A stretch of DNA of 40,562 nucleotides from Anaerolineaceae bacterium (lineage in GTDB: Bacteria > Chloroflexota > Anaerolineae > Anaerolineales > Villigracilaceae), in contig BQMV01000001.1 in assembly GCA_022181005.1 (NCBI GenBank), forward strand, positions 1-40,562, written 5' to 3'. Below the pieces are notes generated by a model. The model saw nothing but the letters and a program-made list of their open reading frames with translations, made no database searches and was not told where the DNA came from. Below, in pieces: positions 29,172-37,356 of the stretch. The position numbers were made by a program, and so were the translations under genes. Each line of letters starts with the position of its first letter. Positions within the stretch are counted from its first letter, which is position 1.

Positions 29172-30056
29172 TTAAGCGTTGACGCGCATGAACGAATCCA
29201 CCGTTTTGTAAAAGCCGTCATTCAACTCTTCAAACGTGAAGGGTCTGGGCGGTTGATGGAACGGAAAGGTGAGTCGCACGGTATTTAAGTTGCCAAAGTG
29301 GTTTTCAGCGATTCCAAGCGTGACGTCGAAGCGCAAGAGCGGATCGTAAATGGACATGGCGAAGTAACAGGGCGTTTCATATTTTGTCGATTTTGCCGCA
29401 AATTCCGTCGTTAAAATTTCATCAATCTGCGCCGCCAACACAGAGATCGTGCCGACGGTGATATTCAGCAGTTTGCTTTTTAGGGGAATAGTGTCCTCGA
29501 GTCTTCCCGCTTTTTGTAATACGGAAACAGCGAGCGAGACCGTGCGCGGATTATGCACAAATTTAACGAATCTCGATTGCAGCCGAGGACGTTCAAACTG
29601 GCGGGTAATGCGATGCAGTATGCGCAGCCGCTTTTGCGAATAGGGAAGCGCGCTCTTGCCGAGGCAGGGCGCGATCAGCACGAGGCGGTCAATGCGATGC
29701 GAGAGACGTTGAAAAGCGCGCATGGCGAGGATGCCGCCGAATGAAAACCCCATCAGGTTGAATCGTTCGAACCCGAGTTGATCGGCGAGCTGTTCCACCA
29801 GTTCAGCCACTTGCAAACTGGAGAAGCGCATTGAGAACGGCGCGGACTGTCCGTGCCCGGGCAGTTCGAAGAAATAGACTGTAAACCACTGCGCCATGAA
29901 TTGCGCGAGGGTCAGCCAATCTTTCCATTCTGAAATCGTAGCAGGCACCATGATGAGCGGCGCGCCTTCGCCCGTCTCGAGGACGTGTAAGCGGGAGAGC
30001 GGTAGATCGACAAAATAGGTCTTATACGCCGGAGGCGTGCGGGGTGAAACGTTCAT
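29172..30056 (-). CDS. Alpha/beta hydrolase
   Basis: LPGHGQS and GFSFGG nucleophile elbow. Confidence 0.85.
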   Translation of the reverse strand: MNVSPRTPPAYKTYFVDLPLSRLHVLETGEGAPLIMVPATISEWKDWLTLAQFMAQWFTVYFFELPGHGQSAPFSMRFSSLQVAELVEQLADQLGFERFNLMGFSFGGILAMRAFQRLSHRIDRLVLIAPCLGKSALPYSQKRLRILHRITRQFERPRLQSRFVKFVHNPRTVSLAVSVLQKAGRLEDTIPLKSKLLNITVGTISVLAAQIDEILTTEFAAKSTKYETPCYFAMSIYDPLLRFDVTLGIAENHFGNLNTVRLTFPFHQPPRPFTFEELNDGFYKTVDSFMRVNA

Positions 30057-30125
30057 TGCGTCGCTATTATCTCATAAATTTATTTACAGGGAAATATTCG
30101 CAGCAAAGAAGACTGAGGCGCGCGG

Positions 30126-30911
30126 CTAGGGCATTATCAAGCGGAGCGGACCCAGCGGAGCGATCCATGCGCGTAATGCATCATATGGAACGACGACGGT
30201 TTGCGGACCTGCGGCGTAAGATGCAACTTGATATTCGTCGAAGGTGATGAGCAAACCGTCGCTGGCGATGTTCCAATTACGATAGTTCTCGGGGGTCGGT
30301 TCGGCGCCCGCGCTGAACGCGCCATCAAAGCCGATGTCGCGTTGGCTGAGTTCTGTAATGCAATAATCGGATAGAGCCTGAAGATATTCGCTGTTTGCGA
30401 GGAATAGATCGTCTAACGATAGTTGCATTCTGCGTTCCAAATCGTAGTTAAGCGTTTTGCTGTAATGATAAGGGTGAGCTGCGCCGTCGGAATATCCTAG
30501 AAAATCGAATTTGAGCGACCAGAGATTTCCATTTTGATACACGAGATCGTACGTTGCGTCAAAGAAACTGCCGCTCGCAATAGGCGGATCGGAGGCTTGC
30601 GAGAGGGAATTTTCGCGGAAGTTTGCGATCTCGACTTGGACGATCTGATCGGATAGCGCGTTGAAGCGGGCGACCGCTTCATTCTCACCGCCGCTGAGTT
30701 GCGGCGTTTGAGAGGTGATCGTATACGGCGGCGTCGAGCCTTCTTCTTTGAACGGAACCGCCCTCAATGTTGCGGGCGGACTTAAAGTGGGTTCGTCAGT
30801 AGGAACGGACGTTGAATCTGGCGCGACAGTTTGCGCAGCGAACGAACACGCGGCTACAAATACGAATATTGTCAGCCCTGTGATAAGGTTGCGAAGAGTT
30901 TGATTCTGCAT
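30126..30911 (-). CDS. DUF3298/RsiV-like lipoprotein
   Basis: Lipobox FVAAC, GAAHP, YQVASYAAG. Confidence 0.8.
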   Translation of the reverse strand: MQNQTLRNLITGLTIFVFVAACSFAAQTVAPDSTSVPTDEPTLSPPATLRAVPFKEEGSTPPYTITSQTPQLSGGENEAVARFNALSDQIVQVEIANFRENSLSQASDPPIASGSFFDATYDLVYQNGNLWSLKFDFLGYSDGAAHPYHYSKTLNYDLERRMQLSLDDLFLANSEYLQALSDYCITELSQRDIGFDGAFSAGAEPTPENYRNWNIASDGLLITFDEYQVASYAAGPQTVVVPYDALRAWIAPLGPLRLIMP

Positions 30912-30974
30912 ACATCGACGAGCCTTTCTTAAAATAAATTTGATTTTAGGCGCAACGAAATGGAAAATAATTTT

Positions 30975-33572
30975 TTAACGGACGTTGGGGCGTTTCCATT
31001 CCGGCTGACATAGCAATTTCAAGATCTCCAACGTTTTTTGCTTACCGCCGCTTCCATTCTCGCCGCCAGGACCGACGCACGAGGGACAGCCGTCTTCGCA
31101 AGGACATTGATGCACCAATTCGTAGGCGCTTGCGACCAGGTTTTCATGCAATTCAAAAAGCTTCTGGCTGAAGCCGATGCCTGCCGGGACTTGATCGTAC
31201 AGAACAATTGTTGGCTGACCGAACGTCGAATTTTCCGTCGGCTCAATGTGCGCGCCCAAGTCGCTCGAATCGCACATCAGGAACAGCGGCGCGAGATTGC
31301 CCAGCACATACGCCAAGCCCGCCAGCCCGCTCCTCATGCGCACGTTTTGTTCCACCTTGTGATGGCACGACGGGCAAAGCGTTGTGAGGTTTTCCAAACG
31401 GTTCGCTTCCGCTCGAGACGCGAATGCGCGAAATGGGACTTTGTGATGCACGTCGTGCTGGCGGCCTGATTCCACAACGCCGCACACCTGACAAGTGAAC
31501 TGGTCGCGCCTGCGGACGCGTTCGCGAATCTTTAGCCACTCCGGTCCGTACTCGTTGGGGTCGTTCGTCCATGCGCCAGCCTCGCGCAATTGCGCGACCG
31601 TTTCCTCGGAGAGCGACAGCCAGTAACCGGTCGTCTGCAACTCGGAGGGAGGCAAGTCCAGCGGTTCTTCGCCGAGATTCTCGTGCGTGTACCAGCGGCG
31701 TTTGCGGAAGCCGGTCACTTGGGTTGTGATTTTTAGTTCGCCCCATGATTTCGTATTGCGTACTGCGGACTGCGTATTTTGTGTTTCGCTGATGGAAAGT
31801 AACTCAACTTCGGTTTGTTGCAGCGGCTCGGTGTAGTAATCGCTGACGAATGGTTTGAGGCGGGCAACGTGTTCTTCTAGATTCAATTCTTCGACGAAAT
31901 ACGATTGCGCTTCATGCAAGTAGATCGCGCCGGGGTGAGTCATCCACACCGCGCTTTCGCCGTCCACGATGCCGATGGTTTGCGGTCGAGAGCCTGCACT
32001 GAGCGAAGTCGAAGTGTCAATGATCGTTTGCAGTACAAAACTTTGCGGCGAGGCGGAACGCAGGGAGATGTTCGCGGCGGGATATGAGTCCGCCATCCAA
32101 AAAAAATTTTCGTTCGAGAGATGGGCTTCGCCATTGGAAAGTAGAAAGTGGAGATACTCATCAATAATTTCTCCAGACAAGGAACCGAAACCTTCGCCTT
32201 TTTGAAACGGCAGTTCGAACATGGCGCAGCGCAAATGCTCCAACAGGATCAACAAATGATCGGGGTTGACCAATGCCTGTTCAGGCGAACGCTCGAAAAA
32301 ATATTCGGGATGATGCGCGAGGAACTGGTCAATGGGATTCGCCGACGCGACCATCACACTGACAGCGGATTCGAGTCCGCGACCCGCGCGCCCGGCTTGC
32401 TGTCTCGCCGAGGCGACAGCGCCCGGGTAGCCGACGAGGATCGCCGCGCCGAGTCCGCCGATGTCAATGCCGAGTTCGAGCGCGTTTGTGGCGATGACGG
32501 TTTTGATCGCGCCGTCGCGTAAACCCTTTTCGATTTCTCTTCGCTGAGCGGGCAGATAACCGCTGCGGTATCCTCGAATGGCGGCAGGAGAAGCAGGGAT
32601 AGGGATACCTTCCTCTTCCTGCTTTTCTCTTTCTTTGTCCTGAAGATATGTCAAGATAATTTCAACGCTCCGCCTCGAGCGCGCAAACACAACGGTTTGA
32701 ACGGCTTGTTTTAAAAGGTCCTGCGCCAACCGCACGCTTTCGAGCAGGGATGATTTCCGCAAGCCAAGCGATTTGTCAACGAGAGGCGGATTATAGATGA
32801 TGAAGTGACGCGGTCCGCGCGCAGAACCGTCGTTGTCAATCAGAGTCGCCGGCTCTTCGATGAGTTTTTCAGCGAGTGCTCTGGGATTGCCGATCGTGGC
32901 GGATGCCAAAATGAATTTTGGCGTACTGCCGTAAAATTTTGCCGCACGCTTGAGACGGCGGATGACGTTCGCTACATGCGAGCCGAATACGCCGCGATAG
33001 GCGTGCGCTTCATCAATGACGACGTAGGCGAGGTTTGAGAGAAGTTCCGACCAGTTGGTGTGATGCGGAAGAATCCCCATATGGAGCATATCGGGATTGC
33101 TCAACACGATGCGCGCATTTTTGCGGATGGCTGGGCGAGCAGAGGCTGACGTGTCGCCGTCGTAGATGGCGGGCGCTAAATTCCATGGTGTGAGCGCTGC
33201 CTGAAAAGATTGGAGGGCGGAGAATTGATCTTGTGCGAGGGCTTTGGTTGGGAAGAGATATAACGCGCGCGCATTTTGACCCGCTATCAGTTTTGAGAAA
33301 ATTGGCAAGTTATAAGCGAGCGTCTTTCCTGAGGCGGTGCCAGTGGAGAGGATAATGTTTTGATTTTGTTGAGTCGCCCTCCATGCTTCGAATTGATGAG
33401 AGTAGAGGGAGTGAATGCCGCTGGCGATAAGGGCTTGGCAGAGCGGAACAGGCATATCTATTGGGAAAGGAAATGTTTGCGCCGGGCGCGCGGAAAGCGT
33501 TTGCCATGCGACGATATTTGGGGCGGTCTCGGAAGAGGTTTTCCATAAATCCAACAGAGAAGCGAGAGACAT
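30975..33572 (-). CDS. DEAH-box helicase with DUF1998 Zn domain (Hrq1/MrfA/SftH family) and an inserted HNH domain
   Basis: LYSHQ, TGTASGKT, DEAH, SAT, QQAGRAGR; C-terminal MCD...CPCEDGCPSC; HNH at about aa 674-742. Confidence 0.92.
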   Translation of the reverse strand: MSLASLLDLWKTSSETAPNIVAWQTLSARPAQTFPFPIDMPVPLCQALIASGIHSLYSHQFEAWRATQQNQNIILSTGTASGKTLAYNLPIFSKLIAGQNARALYLFPTKALAQDQFSALQSFQAALTPWNLAPAIYDGDTSASARPAIRKNARIVLSNPDMLHMGILPHHTNWSELLSNLAYVVIDEAHAYRGVFGSHVANVIRRLKRAAKFYGSTPKFILASATIGNPRALAEKLIEEPATLIDNDGSARGPRHFIIYNPPLVDKSLGLRKSSLLESVRLAQDLLKQAVQTVVFARSRRSVEIILTYLQDKEREKQEEEGIPIPASPAAIRGYRSGYLPAQRREIEKGLRDGAIKTVIATNALELGIDIGGLGAAILVGYPGAVASARQQAGRAGRGLESAVSVMVASANPIDQFLAHHPEYFFERSPEQALVNPDHLLILLEHLRCAMFELPFQKGEGFGSLSGEIIDEYLHFLLSNGEAHLSNENFFWMADSYPAANISLRSASPQSFVLQTIIDTSTSLSAGSRPQTIGIVDGESAVWMTHPGAIYLHEAQSYFVEELNLEEHVARLKPFVSDYYTEPLQQTEVELLSISETQNTQSAVRNTKSWGELKITTQVTGFRKRRWYTHENLGEEPLDLPPSELQTTGYWLSLSEETVAQLREAGAWTNDPNEYGPEWLKIRERVRRRDQFTCQVCGVVESGRQHDVHHKVPFRAFASRAEANRLENLTTLCPSCHHKVEQNVRMRSGLAGLAYVLGNLAPLFLMCDSSDLGAHIEPTENSTFGQPTIVLYDQVPAGIGFSQKLFELHENLVASAYELVHQCPCEDGCPSCVGPGGENGSGGKQKTLEILKLLCQPEWKRPNVR
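31750..31784. repeat. 7-bp tandem repeat in-frame in the helicase
   Basis: TTCGTAT TGCGTAC TGCGGAC TGCGTAT TTTGTGT. Confidence 0.65.
31992..32018 (-). repeat. 27-bp CTTCGACTTCGCTCAG-type element in-frame in the helicase (DTSTSLSAG)
   Basis: Minus strand GACACTTCGACTTCGCTCAGTGCAGGC, with CACT/AGTG closing a hairpin. Confidence 0.75.
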
Positions 33573-33574
33573 GT

Positions 33575-34567
33575 TTATCGGCGTTCTAACAGATGGAGGG
33601 CGATCGCGCCAACGCCGAGCATGATCCAGAAAGTGATGCCGCGGTAAGCGAGGGTAATAACGACGGCTTGACTCAATGGCACATGCAGCGAAGAGAGCGC
33701 GAGCGGCATGACGCCTTCGACGATCCCGATGCCTGACGGTGTGGGCGATATGATCAAGAAAAGGTAAGAGATGGAAAATCCGCCGACGATTGTGCCGACC
33801 GAAAACGGCGCGTTGAACGCGAGGAAAGTCGCCGTCAGCACAAGCATTGAAAAAACTTTGGCGGTGAATGCGAAGAGCAGCGGGACGAGCAGGCTGTTCT
33901 TCTTTTGCGGAAGGGCTTTGAGATCTGTCGCGATCTCGCGCGCGAACGTATGCGCGCGCGCTTCGTCGAGATAATCGCGACGGAGGAAAGGCTTAACGAT
34001 GCGGTTGACGAGGCGCGTCATCCATGCGAGCGCGCGCCCTAGCGCGTCCGCCGATCTGGAGCCGAGATAGAATAAGAAGCCGAGCGTCAGGGCAATTGCC
34101 AGCATTACTGCAGAGGCAAGCATTTCGCCCAAATCGAGGTCATTGCGGCGAAATAGAACGATTAACCCCAGCGCGAGGACGGAGAGAAAGGCGATGTAAT
34201 CTATGAGGACGAATAGCATGCCGATGATCGTCACTTTGCCTGAAGGGTATCCTTTGCGATTCGCGTCGGAAATGAAGACGGCGATTCCGCTGATGCCGGC
34301 GCTGGGCGCGATGGCGTTGACGAAGTCGGAGGCGGAAGAGAGCAGGGTGGTTCGGTAGAGCGGGATGGGGATGTCGAACAGGCGATATAGCGATCGGTAG
34401 GTATACCCGACAGCGAAGAACCATCCGACCTGAAAGAGAATGCCCAATAGAAGAAATGCGATATTTCCGCTTCGCAGGGTTGTGACGACGTTTTCCAATT
34501 CGCCGAAACTTAAGTAGAAAAACGTTGCGCCTAGAAACAGAAGCAGAAAAACGACAAATTTTCGCAT
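33575..34567 (-). CDS. Flippase-like membrane protein (LPG synthase TM / UPF0104)
   Basis: Multi-TM; SPTPSGIGIVE, YRGITFW. Confidence 0.85.
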   Translation of the reverse strand: MRKFVVFLLLFLGATFFYLSFGELENVVTTLRSGNIAFLLLGILFQVGWFFAVGYTYRSLYRLFDIPIPLYRTTLLSSASDFVNAIAPSAGISGIAVFISDANRKGYPSGKVTIIGMLFVLIDYIAFLSVLALGLIVLFRRNDLDLGEMLASAVMLAIALTLGFLFYLGSRSADALGRALAWMTRLVNRIVKPFLRRDYLDEARAHTFAREIATDLKALPQKKNSLLVPLLFAFTAKVFSMLVLTATFLAFNAPFSVGTIVGGFSISYLFLIISPTPSGIGIVEGVMPLALSSLHVPLSQAVVITLAYRGITFWIMLGVGAIALHLLERR

Positions 34568-34620
34568 GTGCTCAGGAAGCTACACAAACGCCCGCGTTTT
34601 GGCTGGCTGGGTTTGTTTGG

Positions 34621-35346
34621 CTAATCTCGGCTTCTGCTTGAGCCGCCGACCATCATGATGTAGTAAAGAAGTTGGAAGACTGCGGTCAGCAACCCGGCAA
34701 CGTACGTCAGCGCGGCGGCGTTCAGCACTTGATTAACGCCGCGTTGCTCCTCGTCAGATTGGATAATGCCCGCTTCCGCCACGAGTCGTTTGGCGCGGGC
34801 TGAGGCGTTAAATTCCACTGGCAGAGTGGCGAGCGCGAAAAGCGCGCCGCCTGCGAAGAAAAATACGCCGACCCATGCGAGCGAGGTGATCTTGAGAATC
34901 AACCCGGCGAGGATCATGATCCAGCCGAGATTGGAACCGATATTCACCAGCGGAACGATCGCCGAGCGGAAACGCATGGGAATGTAACCTTCCGCGTCTT
35001 GTAACGCATGACCGAGTTCGTGTGCGGCGACCGCGACCGCCGCCACCGACGGGCTGTTTGCCACGTTGGGCGAAAGATAGAGAGTTTTATCTTGCGGGTT
35101 GTAATTGTCGGTGAGGTTGCCGCCGATGCCGAGTACGCGGACGTTTCGCAAGTCGGCGCCGCCCGCTTCAGAGACATACGCCGAACGCGAGATAAGTTGT
35201 TGCGCAGCTTGCGCGCCGGTCAGTCCGCTGCTGGCGCGCACCTGACTCCATTTGCTATAAGCGTGTTTCACATACCATGAGGCGAGCCCCATCAAGAGCA
35301 TGGACGGGAGCGCTACGCAGATTAAATAGGTCGGATCGAAAAACAT
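34621..35346 (-). CDS. Membrane zinc metallopeptidase (YugP-like)
   Basis: AAHELGHALQ, TLPVEFNAS, AAALTYVA. Confidence 0.9.
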   Translation of the reverse strand: MFFDPTYLICVALPSMLLMGLASWYVKHAYSKWSQVRASSGLTGAQAAQQLISRSAYVSEAGGADLRNVRVLGIGGNLTDNYNPQDKTLYLSPNVANSPSVAAVAVAAHELGHALQDAEGYIPMRFRSAIVPLVNIGSNLGWIMILAGLILKITSLAWVGVFFFAGGALFALATLPVEFNASARAKRLVAEAGIIQSDEEQRGVNQVLNAAALTYVAGLLTAVFQLLYYIMMVGGSSRSRD

Positions 35347-35364
35347 TGTCTTCTCCTTGTTCGG

Positions 35365-36576
35365 TTACTTCCCAATCAGCCCTAACAACACTTCAATTGC
35401 CTTATCCAATTGCGGATCGCGGTTGTTGGCGGCGTCGGCTTCCGTGAATTCTACAACATAATCGGGTGTCAAACCGATGCCGTCAATGGTGCGCTCGTGC
35501 GGCGTGAGCCATTTGGCGACGGTTACGCGCGCGGCGCCGTTGTCGTCCGAGAGCGGCATCCATTGCTGTACGGAACCTTTGCCGTAGGATATTACACCGA
35601 CGAGTTTAGCGCGTCCGTAATCTTGCAACGCGCCTGCCAAGACTTCGGATGCCGACGCGGAGCCTTCGTTGACCAACACGACGATGGGCAGGTTGGTCAT
35701 GCGCCCCTCGCCCAAAGCGTAATGCGGGACGCGAGTCCCATCGCCGTATTGCTCGTACAGCACAATACCTTTCTCAATAAATTGAGACGCTGCCTCGATA
35801 GCGGTTTGCAAGTACCCGCCGCCGTCGTTGCGCAAGTCTATAATGACTCCTTTTGGATTTTGAGAGAGCGTTTGATCGATCGCCGCCATCAGTTCGCTGG
35901 TCGTTTTGTCGCCGAATTGGTTGATGTCTATATAAGCGATGTGATTCTCCAGCGTTTTACTGGTTACGCTGGGAACGACGATCTTCGCGCGCGTAAGAAC
36001 GAATTCCAGCGGTTCTTCCTGCCCTTTACGCGCAATGCTCAATGTGACGGTGGACCCCGCTGGACCAAGCACTTTTTGGCGCGCTTGTTCAGGCGAGACG
36101 CCGGTCATATCTACGCCGTCAATTGCGACGATCTGGTCGCCGGGTTTCAACCCTGCCGCTTCGGCGGGCGAACCTTCGATCGGGCTGACGATCGTGAGGT
36201 AATCGCCGGAGGTATCCACATACGCGCCGATGCCTTCGTATTCCCCTTCGAGTTGCGTTGTTGCCTCTTCGTATACGACGGGATCCATGTAGTAGGTCTG
36301 TTTGTCGCCGATGGCGTCCATCATGCCGCGGATCGCGCCGCGCATCAACGCGACATCGTCGAGCGGTTGATCTACATATTGGTTATGAACGATATCCCAA
36401 GCCTCCCAGAATGGAACGAAGAGCGCGTGTTGATCTTTGGGCGTCGTCGCATTTGCCGAGGCGCGATTGCTGAGCGAGGGAAGATAAATACCGGCTAAAA
36501 GCCCCGCTGAAAACATGCCTGCGGATAGGATCAACCCTATGAACAGGCTAAGAAGAATTTTGGTCGTTTTGTTCAT
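35365..36576 (-). CDS. S41 C-terminal processing peptidase (CtpA-like) with PDZ domain
   Basis: GIGA PDZ loop, DLRNDGGG, SASASE, GKGSVQ; SD GGAG supports the start at 36576. Confidence 0.93.
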   Translation of the reverse strand: MNKTTKILLSLFIGLILSAGMFSAGLLAGIYLPSLSNRASANATTPKDQHALFVPFWEAWDIVHNQYVDQPLDDVALMRGAIRGMMDAIGDKQTYYMDPVVYEEATTQLEGEYEGIGAYVDTSGDYLTIVSPIEGSPAEAAGLKPGDQIVAIDGVDMTGVSPEQARQKVLGPAGSTVTLSIARKGQEEPLEFVLTRAKIVVPSVTSKTLENHIAYIDINQFGDKTTSELMAAIDQTLSQNPKGVIIDLRNDGGGYLQTAIEAASQFIEKGIVLYEQYGDGTRVPHYALGEGRMTNLPIVVLVNEGSASASEVLAGALQDYGRAKLVGVISYGKGSVQQWMPLSDDNGAARVTVAKWLTPHERTIDGIGLTPDYVVEFTEADAANNRDPQLDKAIEVLLGLIGK

Positions 36577-36679
36577 GAAAGAAATCTCCGTTGAAGCGAT
36601 AGGTGTCGTGTACGATACTATGCGGTAATTAATGGCGGATGAATTGCGCGTATGAAGCGAATTGGAGTTGCAAATGCGT

Positions 36680-37309
36680 TTATTCCAATAAAATCGGCAG
36701 ATGCGACCAATCGGTAAATACGCCGCTGGCGTCGGCGGTCGGCTCATTCACGCCGTATAAAATGCTCGCCATGCCTATCTCTAACGCGGCGCGCGTGGTG
36801 CGCGGCAGATCGTCAATCATCACGCATTTGCGCGGATCGGGTTCGTCGGCGAGGTCTTGCGCAATGGCGAAAGATTCAGGCATGGGTTTGCAGTATGGCG
36901 CGACCGCTTGAACGTCTATGATGGAGTCGAAGAGGTCGTCTAGTTGAAGAGCGGCGAGAACGCGGCGGGCGTGGTTGGCGTCCGCGTTGGTGAAGATCAG
37001 CTTACGCTGAGGAAGCGAAGCGATCGCGTCGCGTTGAATTGGGTTGGGAGCGAGGAAATCTTGCAAAGGCAGATCGTGCACAAAAGCGAGATAGTCTTCC
37101 ACATTCACATTGTGGCGGGCTTGCAGTCCGCGTAGAGTCGTGCCGTACATTTTGAAATATTGTTCGCGCAGCGCGGGCGAGTCGCTCTCGGAAATGCCGA
37201 GCCGTTCGACCATATAGATATTGATGCGCTCTTTGATCGCTTGCCATAGCCCCGATGAGTTCGGGTAAAGCGTGTCGTCAAGATCGAAAAACAAGGTGGT
37301 AAATCGCAT
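36680..37309 (-). CDS. HAD-family pyrimidine 5'-nucleotidase (SDT1-like)
   Basis: FDLDDTLY, IFTNA, CKP, MIDD. Confidence 0.88.
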   Translation of the reverse strand: MRFTTLFFDLDDTLYPNSSGLWQAIKERINIYMVERLGISESDSPALREQYFKMYGTTLRGLQARHNVNVEDYLAFVHDLPLQDFLAPNPIQRDAIASLPQRKLIFTNADANHARRVLAALQLDDLFDSIIDVQAVAPYCKPMPESFAIAQDLADEPDPRKCVMIDDLPRTTRAALEIGMASILYGVNEPTADASGVFTDWSHLPILLE

Positions 37310-37356
37310 TGGGCGATTATACTCGTTGGAACTTCAACGGGTATAATCGCCCAATG
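37307..37356. promoter_or_regulatory. Palindromic bidirectional leaderless promoter
   Basis: CATTGGGCGATTATAC-T-CGTTG-GAACTT-CAACG-G-GTATAATCGCCCAATG; each strand reads GTATAATCGCCCA-ATG. Confidence 0.8.

Noticed and set aside
31347-31553. Intein or group I intron explanation for the HNH insert
   Set aside because: Too short for a splicing domain, no Cys/Ser start with His-Asn end, and the frame is continuous.
30975-33572. DISARM or Druantia defence island
   Set aside because: No adjacent methylase, DrmA/DrmC or other defence genes; the neighbours are housekeeping.
35410-36498. 362-aa plus-strand ORF
   Set aside because: It lies wholly antisense to the S41 protease and has no recognisable motifs; shadow ORF.
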